Positions 9,238 through 19,072 of a stretch of DNA of 21,803 nt are shown here, in pieces. The DNA is from an uncultured delta proteobacterium. Lineage in GTDB: Bacteria; Myxococcota_A; Polyangia; Fen-1088. Both the position numbers and the translations under genes were made by a program. Where the stretch lies: positions 1 to 21,803 of the forward strand of contig CAVTRY010000024.1 of NCBI GenBank assembly GCA_963737265.1, given 5' to 3'. Below the pieces are notes generated by a model. The model was not told where the DNA came from. It worked only from the letters and a program-made list of their open reading frames with translations, and searched no databases. Positions within the stretch are counted from its first letter, which is position 1. The number at the start of each line of letters is the position of its first letter.

Positions 9238-10332
9238 ATGTCGCCACGCAGGCCACGCCGCCGCGCGCGCCGTCGATCACCGGCCCGGCCGATCATCCTG
9301 CTCATCGCGGTGGTGATCGGCCTCGCGCTCCTCGTGGGCGGGCTCTCCCAGGTGTCGCGGCAATCGCAGGGCTACGACGCAAATTCCAACCGTGCACTCG
9401 CAGCGCAGGGTGCGGTGGTTGCCGCGCAGTCCAACGCCACGGCGTCGCAGGTGCGCACCCTTTTGCGTGGCCTGCAGGGTCAGACCCGCCAGGGCCTCCA
9501 GGTCGGGTTGGACAGCGCCGTGCAGCAGTCCGCGACCGAGGCGGCACGGGCGAACCTCGCCGCCAGCTCGAACCCGTCTGGTCAGATGGCGGCCGCCTTC
9601 GCCGCGGTCTTCGCCCAGCGGGCTCAGTCCATGAGCGAACTGCGCGCCGCCGTCGACGGATTTCTCGGAATGCAACCCATCGTCCCCGCCGGCTCGCCCT
9701 CCGATGGAGGCGTTCCCGCCGCCTCGACCGTCTCGCTCTCCGCGACGCAGGCGACGAACCGCATCGCGTCGGCCGGCGCACTCCTGTCCCGTGCGGATGC
9801 CCTCTACCGCTCGGTGCGAAGGTCCTTGGCGTCGGCGGCCGGCCACGGCCGGCTTCCGTCGTCGGTCTGGGTCACCGACCCCCAGCTGTGGCAAGTTGGT
9901 TCCGTAGCGGCCCAGGTCGATCTCATTGCCACCTCGCCCACCTTGGTGTCGGCCCACAACGTCGTCCTCCGCACGGTGCGGCTGAGCCCGCCGGCGCTGC
10001 CGACGCCGCAGGGCGTGCCGGCGAACGTCTCGGTCCTCAGCCCGGGGTCCCAGATCGGGGTCTCGGTCGTCCTCGCCAACCAGGGTTCGGTCGATGAGCC
10101 GCACGCCTCCGTCCGCTACACGCTGGCGAACCAGTCATCCGGAGCCACCGCGACCCAAGTCGAGTCCGCCGCCTTGTCCCTCGGCGCCTCCGTGACGCTG
10201 CCCCAGGTCAGCTTCAACGTCGTACCCGGAGCCACGTACCTGCTGACGGTCGTGGTGCTGCTCCCGGTGGGACAGACGCAGACGGCCAACACCATGCTTC
10301 AGCAGGCGCTGCAGGTCGCGCCCGCATCCTGA
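9238..10332 (+). CDS. Hypothetical membrane-anchored or exported protein, Ala/Ser/Gln-rich, with a probable Ig-like (CARDB-like) C-terminal domain
   Basis: Arg-rich N-terminus followed by hydrophobic IILLIAVVIGLALLVGGL, a helical middle, and a beta-rich end (VSVVLANQGSVDEPHASVRYTL...YLLTVVV). Same strand as its neighbours and fills the gap. A TAGGTT -10-like hexamer lies at 9223-9228. Confidence 0.75.
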   Translation: MSPRRPRRRARRRSPARPIILLIAVVIGLALLVGGLSQVSRQSQGYDANSNRALAAQGAVVAAQSNATASQVRTLLRGLQGQTRQGLQVGLDSAVQQSATEAARANLAASSNPSGQMAAAFAAVFAQRAQSMSELRAAVDGFLGMQPIVPAGSPSDGGVPAASTVSLSATQATNRIASAGALLSRADALYRSVRRSLASAAGHGRLPSSVWVTDPQLWQVGSVAAQVDLIATSPTLVSAHNVVLRTVRLSPPALPTPQGVPANVSVLSPGSQIGVSVVLANQGSVDEPHASVRYTLANQSSGATATQVESAALSLGASVTLPQVSFNVVPGATYLLTVVVLLPVGQTQTANTMLQQALQVAPAS

Positions 10333-10343
10333 GCCCTTCCCCT

Positions 10344-10371
10344 CGACACGCCGCCGGCCGGCCGCGTGTCG
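10344..10371. terminator. GC-rich hairpin after the hypothetical gene (possible terminator or RNA stabiliser)
   Basis: CGACACGC (10344-10351) and GCGTGTCG (10364-10371) form a perfect 8-bp inverted repeat. There is no U-tract. Confidence 0.35.
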
Positions 10372-10391
10372 CCCGTGCTCCCTCCTCGTCA

Positions 10392-10426
10392 TAGGATCGG
10401 TGGGCACCGAAATCTGGAACTGGAGG
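10392..10426 (+). promoter_or_regulatory. Putative -10 element and ribosome binding site of citrate synthase
   Basis: TAGGAT (TANNNT) at 10392-10397; GGAGG at 10422-10426, 9 nt before the GTG at 10436. Confidence 0.45.
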
Positions 10427-10435
10427 GCTCTTCAC

Positions 10436-11710
10436 GTGGCCGAGAGCATCACGATCACGGACAATCGCAATGGCGAGTCCATGGAGATCCCGCTGGTCAA
10501 CGGCGGGGTCTCGGCCGAGGAATGGGCCAAGCTCCTCCCCGGGGTCTGGTTCTTCGATCCTGGCTTCATGTCGACCGCGGCCTGCGAGAGTGCCATCACG
10601 TACCTCGACGGTGATGCCGGGATCCTGCGCTACCGCGGCTACCCCATTGAGCAATTGGCCGAGAGCTCGACCTACCTGGAGGTGGCGTACCTCCTGCTCA
10701 ACGGTGAGCTGCCCAACGAGGAGGAGTTCGCGGCCTGGCGCCACGAAGTCACCTACCACACGTTCATCCACGAGAACGTCCGCAAGCGATTCCTCGAGGG
10801 CTTCCACTACGACGCCCACCCAATGGGCATGCTCGTCTCGGCCGTGGCCGCCCTGTCGACCTTCTATCTCGACGCCAAGGACATCTTCGATCCCGAGTCC
10901 CGCAGCAAGCAGATCATCCGGCTCATCGCGAAGATGCCCACACTGGCCGCCGCGGCACACCGCTTCAGCGTGGGCATGCCCTTCGTCTATCCCGACAATT
11001 CGCTCGATTTCGCGCCGAACTTCCTCTCGATGCTGTGGAAGGTTGCCGAACCGAGGTTCGAGGCCGATCCGGTACTGGCCCGCGCGCTCGACATCCTGTT
11101 CATCCTGCACGCGGACCACGAGCAGAATTGCTCGACCACGGCCATGCGCGTCGTCGGGTCGTCGCATTCGGATCCCTACTCAGCCACCGCTGCCGCGGCG
11201 GCCGCGCTGTACGGACCCCGGCACGGCGGGGCCAACGAGGCCGTCATCCGGATGCTCACCGACATCGGCAGCATCGAGAACGTGCCGGACTTCATCGCGA
11301 CCGTGAAGGCTGGGACAGGGGGCCAGCGCCTCCAGGGCTTCGGACACCGCGTGTACAAGAGCTACGACCCGCGGGCGAAGATCATCAAACGCACCGCTGA
11401 CGAGGTCTTCGAGGTGACAGGAAAGAACCCGCTGCTCGACATCGCGCTGAAGCTCGAGGAGATCGCCCTCAACGACGAGTACTTCACGTCCCGGCGCCTC
11501 TACCCGAATGTCGATTTCTACTCGGGGCTCATCTACCAGGCGATGGGGTTCCCGCTCGAGATGTTCCCCGTCCTCTTCGCCATCCCTCGCACCTCGGGCT
11601 GGCTCGCGCACTGGCAGGAGATGCTCGACCAGGACTCGAAAATCGCCCGTCCGCGCCAGCTCTACATCGGCCCCGAGGAGCGGAACTACACGCCGATCGA
11701 CGCGCGCTAA
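10436..11710 (+). CDS. gltA: Citrate synthase
   Basis: DPGFMSTAACESAITYLDGDAGILRYRGYPIEQLA, ILHADHEQNCST, LYGPRHGGANE, GFGHRVYKSYDPRA, YPNVDFYSG and KIARPRQLY. Confidence 0.96.
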   Translation: MAESITITDNRNGESMEIPLVNGGVSAEEWAKLLPGVWFFDPGFMSTAACESAITYLDGDAGILRYRGYPIEQLAESSTYLEVAYLLLNGELPNEEEFAAWRHEVTYHTFIHENVRKRFLEGFHYDAHPMGMLVSAVAALSTFYLDAKDIFDPESRSKQIIRLIAKMPTLAAAAHRFSVGMPFVYPDNSLDFAPNFLSMLWKVAEPRFEADPVLARALDILFILHADHEQNCSTTAMRVVGSSHSDPYSATAAAAAALYGPRHGGANEAVIRMLTDIGSIENVPDFIATVKAGTGGQRLQGFGHRVYKSYDPRAKIIKRTADEVFEVTGKNPLLDIALKLEEIALNDEYFTSRRLYPNVDFYSGLIYQAMGFPLEMFPVLFAIPRTSGWLAHWQEMLDQDSKIARPRQLYIGPEERNYTPIDAR

Positions 11711-12236
11711 CGGCCGGCGCCACCCTTCTTCTGCAACAGGCGCGTCAGACCCTCCTGGGCCAGCGAGACGCACAACCTCCCCTGGCGGTCGAACAGGAAG
11801 CCCCGGGCGAGGCCGCGGCCGTGGGTCGCCACCGGGGAGTCCATGTCGTAGAGCAGCCACTCGTCGGCACGGAAAGGCTGGTGGAACCACATGCAGTGGT
11901 CCAGGCTCTCGTGCTCATGAAGTCGTCGTCGTCCCAGCGGACGTCGTGCGGGGCGAGGATGGTGTCGATGAGGGACATGTCGGATGCATAGGTCGCCACG
12001 CACGTGTGCAGCAACGGGTCGTCGGGCAACTCGCCGGTCTGCCCGGATCCACACCCGCTGGCAGGGCTCTCCCGTGCCACTCGGGTGCCAGGGGAGGTCG
12101 CCGATGTGGCGCTGGTCGATCGGATGGGGCCGGTCGAACCACTCGGCCAGCTCCTCCTTCCAGGGCTCGAGGCGCTGGTAGAGCGGCGGCAGCGATTCGG
12201 GGGTCGAGGGACGTCGGGCATGGGGAACCGGCGCTC
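11707..12236 (-). pseudogene. tesB: Acyl-CoA thioesterase II, C-terminal part, frameshifted and 5'-truncated at the junction
   Basis: Joined frames read FPMPDVP..PESLP...VWIRA.GELPDDPLLHTCVATYASDMSL...SLDHCMWFHQPFRADEWLLYDMDSP..HGRGLARG.LFDRQGRLCVSLAQEGL. Its stop overlaps the gltA stop at 11707-11710. Confidence 0.85.
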
Positions 12237-12237
12237 A
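12231..12237. other. Probable chimeric junction between two genomes
   Basis: Two start-less genes meet back to back (tesB on -, DUF62 on +) with no promoter or mobile-element end between them. Base composition and codon style change abruptly here. Confidence 0.8.
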
Positions 12238-13008
12238 CGGATTTTGGTACCAACGACCACTTTGTGGGTACGATGAAAGGCGTCATCTACAACATCAATC
12301 CCGACGTCGAAATCGTGGACATCACCCACAAGGTGGCCTCCTACGATATTTTTGACGCTGCCTTCACGCTGGCCCAAAGCTATCGCTTCTTCCCTTCCGA
12401 TACCATTCACTTGGTGGTGGTTGACCCGGGAGTGGGAACGGCCCGCCGTCCTCTGCTGGCGCGCAGCTTGGCTTACAAATTCGTTGCTCCCGATAATGGT
12501 GTGCTTTCGCTGATTTACGAGCGGGAAGAGAACGTGGAGGTCCGCCACATCACCGCGGACCATTACTTCCTTAACCCGGTCAGCGCCACATTTCAGGGAC
12601 GCGACATCTTTGCTCCCGTCGTCGGCTGGCTGAGCAAATGGGTGGAAGCCGATAAATTCGGCGAGCCCATCAGCGATTACATCAAGTTCTCCTCGCCCAA
12701 ACCCAAGCGGGTGGGCGACAGCCTCATCAAAGGCGTTGTCCTGAAGGTCGACAAGTTTGGAAATATCCTCACCAATCTGCGGCCGGAAGACGTTCCCCAA
12801 CTGTTTGCGGAGAACCCGCCGGCCTTCAAGATCGTCATCAACGAGCAAGAGATTACTCGCCTGAATTTGGCGTATTCAATGGGCAAGCCGGGGGAGCTGT
12901 TCGCCATCGTGGGCAGTTCCGGTTATATCGAAATTTGCACGAACCGAGGTTCGGCAGCGAAAGCTCTGAACGTGAACCGGGGCGCGGAAGTGGGTGTGAT
13001 GCTGGTGA
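12234..13008 (+). CDS. SAM hydroxide adenosyltransferase / SAM-dependent chlorinase-fluorinase family protein (DUF62); lacks its first few codons
   Basis: LTDFGTNDHFVGTMKGVI, IVDITH, HLVVVDPGVGTARR, FVAPDNGVLS, SATFQGRDIFAP, VDKFGNILTN and GSSGYIEI..NRGSAA. The true stop is probably the out-of-frame TGA at 13006-13008 (1-nt indel inferred). Confidence 0.88.
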
Positions 13009-13014
13009 GGCCAA

Positions 13015-13078
13015 GAGTCAGGAGCCGGAATTCAGGAACCGGAATAGGCGGGGCCGATTTGCCGATTCTTGACTCCTG
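13015..13078. repeat. Degenerate heptamer tandem array with an inverted partner, between convergent genes
   Basis: GAGTCAG GAGCCGG AATTCAG GAACCGG AAT at 13015-13045; ATTCTTGACTCCTG at 13065-13078 (reverse complement CAGGAGTCAAGAAT). Confidence 0.45.
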
Positions 13079-14433
13079 TGGTTTCGGCGTCCGCTGGTTT
13101 CCGGCGGCAGCGTTTCAATGCGAATCTTCGACACGCGGCGGCCTTCCACTTCCAGGACCGTGTAGCGGCGGGACTCGAAAACGAAACTCTCCCCGCCCTT
13201 GGGAATAGAAGCCCAGCCGCGCCAGTACAAACCCCGCCAGAGTTTCGTACCCCGCGCCCGCGGGGCAGGACGATGTCACGCTCGCTGGCCAGATCGCGCA
13301 GGCTCATCGAGGCATCGACCACCAGAACGTTTTCCCCCACCTTGCGGATGGCGGCTTCTTCGCGGTCGTACTCATCCTGAATTTCGCCCACAATCTGCTC
13401 CAGCACGTCTTCAATGGTCACCAGGCCCACAAAGGTTCCGAACTCGTCCACTACCAGTGCCATTTGCGAGTGCCGCCGCCGGGCTTCCTTCAGCATCTGG
13501 GTTAACGACATCGCCTCGGGAACAATCATCGGCTGGTGAAGAATCGTGCGCAGGTCAAAGGGTGCCCCCGGCGGGGTTGCAGACGCGCGCCCTTTCCGCC
13601 ATAACCCCCAGCAGGTCCTTGGTGTACAGGACGCCAACGATCTGGTCGGGCAGGCCGTCGTAAATAGGGATGCGGGAGTGCTGGTCCCTCACCACCCGGT
13701 CGAGCAGTGTCGCGAGATCCGTCTCGACCGGCAGACAAGTGATGCGATTCCATGGCACCATGATTTCGCGCACGCGGACGCGGTCCAAATCAAAGACGCT
13801 GTGGATCATCTCCTCTTGTTCCTCGTCAAGCAGCCCGCGCTTGCGAATCCCGGACACGATCAGTTTCACTTCTTCGGCCGTGTGGCAGCGGTCCGTGAAT
13901 TCGGCCCGGATGCCGGTGCAACGAGCGAAGTACGCCGTTGGCCAGGGTGTCGAGCAGGCGGACGGGGTAGCGGCTGAGCTTGAGGAAAAGAAACATGGGC
14001 CGCGCAACGCCCAGAGCGAATCTCTCCGCGTTATCGTAGGCCATGGCTTTGGGGACGAGCTCACCCAACACCATCAGCAGATCATGGTGATGAGCAGAAA
14101 AGCGATGCCGACGGAGATCGAGTGGGCCACGGCAGCGCGCGCCAACCGGTCGAGATAGCCCTCCAGCGAATGCTCGATGGCGTCGGCCATGATGGCTTCG
14201 CCCATCCAGCCCATCAGCAGGCTGATGACGGTGATGCCCAGTTGCGTTCCGGAGAACAATGCCACCATATCGGAAAGCAAGGTGAGCACGAGTTTCGCCT
14301 GGGAATTGCCTTCGTTGGAAAGCTGCTCCAGGCGGGTGCGCCGAACGCTCAGCAGGGCGTATTCCGTGGCGACGAAGAAGGCATTCAGCGCCACTAGACC
14401 GACAATCAGAGAGGCTTTTAGTAGGGCGAACAT
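13018..14433 (-). CDS. HlyC/CorC (CNNM/DUF21-CBS-CorC) hemolysin-family transporter, split by several indels
   Basis: LNAFFVATEYALLSVRRTRLEQL, TQLGITVISLLMGWMGE, VLGELVPK, VREIMVP, HSRIPIY, MALVVDEFGTFVGLVTIEDVLEQIVGEIQDEYD and IPKGGESF are spread over five ORF fragments. Confidence 0.88.
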
Positions 14434-14569
14434 AGGGCACCTGGAAGTGAACCATTGTAGGCGAGGCCCGTCAAAATCTCCAAATGGGCAGGCGGCCCAC
14501 TGCGGAACGCAGCGCGACTGACTTGATGCGGTAGCGCAGGTGAACTCGGTCAACGCTGCAATGCCGAAG

Positions 14570-15600
14570 TCAGAATACGCTGCCCGTGCTCGGCACAGCT
14601 GATCGCGAGTTCTGACGAGTTGGAGCAGGACACTGACGGTGGTCTGTGCCTATGTGTGAGATCAAGGCGTGATAGATACCGGCCGGCGGGAAAGGTCGGG
14701 AGGAGGCGCGTCGTGTCCCGGGCACATGCACGCCCACCAGGCGCGAATACATTTCGTCGTATTCCCGAACCGCACTGCCGCATGCGGAGGAATTCCGCTT
14801 CGTCGTGCTGCGCGAATTCCGGCGGGGGAAGATCGGGAATGATTTTCTCCAGCTTTTTTCGCCGATCGACGGTGCGCGGGTGCGTGGCCAGCAAGCCGCC
14901 GGGGTCCCCTCCGTCGCGTTCCTGTTCCGCCTGGAGCCGCTCGAAGAATTGCGTCGACGCGCGTGGGATCGTAGCCGGCGCGAACCAAATATTCAGCCGC
15001 CAGGCGGTCGGCCCGCTCCTCGGTCGCCCGGCTGGACCGGGCCCGCGCCAATGTGCCGCCCAGTCCCGCTCCCGCAGCAATCGCGATTCCCGCCGGACCT
15101 CCCAAAACGACGGTGGGAACGAGGCAGATCAACTCAAAGAGATTGCCCTTTCCGAGGCGCCGCACGCCAATCGCAGGAGTTCTCATGGGCGATTTCGTGG
15201 GACAAAACGGAAGCCAGTTCGGCCTCGCTTTCCGCCAGACTGATCACTCCGGAATTGATCACAATGTATCCGCCTGGAAACGCCTGCGCGTTAACCGCGG
15301 GGTTGTAGAGAACATAAAAGGAAAAACCTGCTGGCTCCCGCTGCTACGCGCCAAGTTCTGTCCTAACCGGTTAACATATTCATTCAGCGACTTGTCACCC
15401 CACGGCATGCCTGCGACAAACAGCCTGCTGCACCATGGCGCTGCCCGTCTGCGAGGCTTCCAGCATGGTTTGGGGAGCTGCCGCAAACGCCATCCGGAAG
15501 CGAGTGCATCTTCCGATCGGCCGCGCACCGGCAACGGCAGAAATATAACCAGCCAACGCAGCAGAGTCACCCACCGGCTAATCGGGTGTAGTGCCTCCAT
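14570..15600 (-). CDS. M48 family zinc metalloprotease (BepA/YfgC-like), frameshifted; ends approximate
   Basis: EYVNRLGQNLAR, VNAQAFPGGYIVINSG, the zinc motif VLSHEIAHE (~15182-15205), EERADRLAAEYLVRAGYDP and LATHPRT. Confidence 0.82.
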
Positions 15601-16117
15601 GGGCATGCCCTCCGACAGACCTATCGGCACGGCCCCGGTAAACTTCACTGGAGCGCCTTGGCTCTACGTTTGTTTTTGTCGTTTGCCCCGAAAATGGGTA
15701 GAGGTACCGACGGAGCAGCCGTTGGATTCGCTCCAGCACTCTTTTATCTCGCCTGTCCCGCGCGAGGTCCGAGGCGTTTTCCCATAGGCCGTCCCTTCAT
15801 CATCACGTTTTGGCGGGGCTCCTGGGAGTCCCCTCAATCCAGCCGACCAGGCGTCGGGATACCGATGCACGCCGAATCCATCCCGCATGCCGGTGTCATG
15901 GCCAGGTGTGCTGAAATCGATTGTCCCCTCAACGGGGAAGCACATAATCCGGAGAATCGCGAACTCAAACCCCGAAGAGCTTGATGAAAGAAACGCTAAA
16001 AACAGTTGCTCTGCTAACGGCAACCAGGCCGGAGTCAGAAGGTCATGGGCGCCGCGGACCCTGGCACCGGCCAACGGATCATAAACGGCATCCTTGACTC
16101 TGAATCTCCTACAAGCT

Positions 16118-16797
16118 ATGGAAAAGTTCTTTCGCAGCGCCATTCGCCGATACTACGAGGTTGAACTGCCGCGCAACTCACGCCGGCGCAAGCGTTGGCC
16201 GTTGTTGGTGGCCCTGCACGGTTACGAGGGGGATAAAGATTCCATGATGCGTGTGGCGAAGCACATCGCCGATGGCAACATGGTGGTGATTTCCCTGCAA
16301 GGCCCGTACCAATTCTTTCGCCGCCTCGTCAAGAAATCCCAAAGAATTCGGGTGGTCTTTGGCTGGGGCACGACTTACAAGATGGAGGATTCCATCGAGC
16401 TCCACCACCGCGATCTGGAAACGATCATTCAGCATCGCCGTGCGGAAATACCGCGCCGACCCTCAACGCGTTTTCCTGCTGGCTTTTTCGCAGGCCTGCG
16501 CCCTCAACTACCGCTATGTGTTTACCCACCCGCGAGCGATTCGTGGCGCCATCGCCGTGTGCGGCGGCGTTCCCGGCGATTGGAATGAGAATCCGCATTA
16601 CCGGCCTGCCGCCACCCACGTGCTGCACATCGCGGCCCGGCAGGATGAATGGTACTCGCGGGAGAAGAACCTGGAGTTCCGCCGGCAATTGGCGCCAGCG
16701 CGCCGCCACAGTCGATTTTCGCTTTTACAATTCTCCCCACAAGTTTCCCCGCCAGTCGCTGCCGCACATCCGGCGATGGATTGAGAAACACCTGTAA
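16118..16797 (+). CDS. Phospholipase/carboxylesterase-family alpha/beta hydrolase, frameshifted
   Basis: PLLVALHGYEG, VISLQGP, RVFLLAFSQACAL (nucleophile elbow), ARQDEWY and SPHKFP, across three frames. Confidence 0.75.
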
Positions 16798-16800
16798 GGA

Positions 16801-16930
16801 CAGGTGTCAAGGAATCAGAGTGCCAGATTCCGGCGATCGACTCGAGACTCGAATTCTGCACCGCGTGTCGCAACCTGAGATAGCACGTTTCGCACGTCCG
16901 ACCACCTGACACCTGGACACCTGACACCTG
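16801..16930. repeat. Intergenic CACCTGA heptamer array with an inverted copy
   Basis: CACCTGA CACCTGGA CACCTGA CACCTG at 16903-16930. CAGGTGTCA at 16801-16809 is the reverse complement of TGACACCTG at 16922-16930. Confidence 0.6.
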
Positions 16931-16946
16931 TGTTAGCATAGTGCCG

Positions 16947-17819
16947 ATGCACGACGAAACCGTGGCTGTCATCGAGAATCGTCCCCTCACCGGCGGCCAT
17001 TTCCTTTTGAGTTTGGATGCTCCGCGGCAGGCGCCCGGCGTGCGGCCGGGCCAATTCGCCATGGTGCGCATTCTCGGCCGGTCGGACGTGCTGCTGCGCC
17101 GGCCCATGAGCATCTTTGATGTCCAGGCGCCACGGCGGCGGCAGCGCCGGTTCCGCGCGGCAGGCCGCCTGCGCCGCGCATCCTGCAGCTTCTGTACAAG
17201 ATCGTGGGACGCGGCACGCGCTTGATGGCGGAACTCAAGCCCGGCGACAAAGTGGGGCTGCTGGCGCCGCTCGGCCACGGTTTCTTTGAAGAGGAATATC
17301 TGCCGCGCGCGCACGAATGCCGACGAAATTCTGCACGTCGCGGGAGGCATCGGCATCGCCGCGCTGCTGCTTCCGGCGAAACAGTTGGCCGAGGCGGGAT
17401 TCAAACAGCGGCTTTTTTTCGGGGCGCGAACCAAAGACGATTTGGTGGGCGTGCAGGAATTCAAGCCGCTGGTGCGCGCCATGCTGCTGGCGACGGAAAA
17501 CGGCTCGGCGGGATATCGCGGCTATGTGACGCGGCCGCTGGAAGAGTATCTGACCAAGCACACCGACAAGAAATTTCTGCTGATGGTGTGCGGTCCGGGG
17601 GCCATGCTGCGCGCCACGGTGGAACTGGCCAAGCGCTTCCGCCATCCCTGCCTGGTCTCCATGGAAAATCGCATGGGCTGCGGGCTGGGCGTCTGCCTGG
17701 GCTGCTCGATCCGCGTCCAGGGAACGGGCCACGAAGCCTACCAGCGCGTCTGCACGGAAGGGCCGGTGTTTTGGGCGGAGAAAGATTGTCTGGGAAACGG
17801 AGAAGAAGCTCGGGATTAA
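16947..17819 (+). CDS. pyrK: Dihydroorotate dehydrogenase B electron transfer subunit, frameshifted
   Basis: RPGQFAMV, LLRRPMSI, GRGTRLM..LKPGD, APLGHGF, VAGGIGIA, VCGPGAML, and the [2Fe-2S] motif MGCGLGVCLGC...RVCTEGPVF. Lies directly upstream of pyrD. Confidence 0.9.
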
Positions 17820-17876
17820 GGATTAGGGAATCGAGGTGCAAGCTAGAGGACCAGGGATTGGGCTGGCAAAGATGCG

Positions 17877-18930
17877 ATGACGAAGAAAATCACATCGAGA
17901 AGCAAACGTCCGATCTCACGCGGTCGAGCGCGGCCGCCGGAAGTCCAGCGGACGCGCCTGGGCGATGCAGCGTCACAGCCCGCCGCGAAGAATTCATCGC
18001 CGCAGATTGAAATCGAGATTGCCGGCGTGCGATTCCAGAACCCGGTGTGGACGGCCAGCGGAACGTTTGGCTACGGGAAGGAATTCGCCCACCTCATCGA
18101 CCTCAACCAACTTGGCGCGATTTGCGTGAAAGGGCATTTCGCCGGAACCGATGGAGGGCAATCCGCCGCCGCGCATCTACGAGACGCGACTCGGGAATGC
18201 TGAACGCCATCGGCCTTCAGAACGTGGGCGCGAAGCGGTTTCTGGGTGAGAAGCTGCCCTTCCTGCGCACGCTCAAAGCGCGCACCGTGGTGAATGTCTT
18301 TGCCTACTCCACGGAAGATTACGTGCGCTGCATCGAAATGCTGAATGAGGGCGAAGGCATTGCCGCCTACGAATTGAATATTTCCTGCCCCAACACGCGC
18401 TGCGGCGGCATCGTCTACGGCAGCGATCCGCGCCTGACGGAGGAAGTGGTGGCGGCGTGCAAAGAAGGCGGCGCGCTATCCGCTCTTCGTCAAGCTCTCG
18501 CCCAACGTCACGGACATCGCGCTGTTCGCGCGCGTGGCGGAAGGCGCGGGCGCCGACGCGCTCTCGCTGGTCAATACCTTCGTCGGAATGGCCATCGACA
18601 TCGAAACGCGCACGCCGCGCATCTCCAACGTCACGGCGGGGCTTTCCGGGCCGGGCATCAAGCCCGTGGCCCTGCGCATGGTTTACCAGGCCGCGCGTGC
18701 CGTGAAGATTCCCATCATCGGCATCGGCGGCATTGCCAGCGCCGAAGACGCGCTGGAATTCATCATCGCCGGAGCGCGCGCCGTGCAGGTGGGCACGGCC
18801 AATTTCTACGACCCCGGGACTTCCATTCGAATCGTGGAAGGCATCCGCGATTATTGCCGGCGCAAGCGATCTGCACCTCGCGGACCTCGTCGGGTCGTTG
18901 AAAACTCCGAGCAAAGATTCGGCAAGCTGA
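17877..18930 (+). CDS. pyrD: Dihydroorotate dehydrogenase family 1B catalytic subunit, frameshifted
   Basis: [58 protein letters not shown] and [10 protein letters not shown]. Confidence 0.92.
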
Positions 18931-19072
18931 TTTATCCCTCGACACTCGATCGAATACTCGTTTCAATTTCCTACGATTGCATTTCATTCTTCCGCATCGA
19001 CATCTGACGCTCGCCGCATTCAGACCCGCGGAGTAGTGTAGAATGCACACAACGCGTTACCGGCTCACCGTT

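Noticed and set aside
11877-11884. E. coli Chi sequence GCTGGTGG in a recBCD-containing window
   Set aside because: I noticed one occurrence, inside tesB coding sequence. That is expected by chance, and Chi is lineage-specific.
11508-13208. 566-aa ORF that looks like a DUF62 protein with a long novel N-terminal extension
   Set aside because: The extension is an off-frame reading of gltA plus the antisense of tesB running across the junction. The tail is read-through from a probable indel.
17877-18000. Basic ~40-aa N-terminal extension on PyrD as a new domain
   Set aside because: It is low-complexity and probably disordered, and the start codon is uncertain in indel-prone sequence.
11707-18930. 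Mass pseudogenisation or programmed frameshifting of corC, M48, esterase, pyrK and pyrD
   Set aside because: Indels are scattered through housekeeping genes whose catalytic motifs remain intact. Unpolished long-read error is the simpler explanation.
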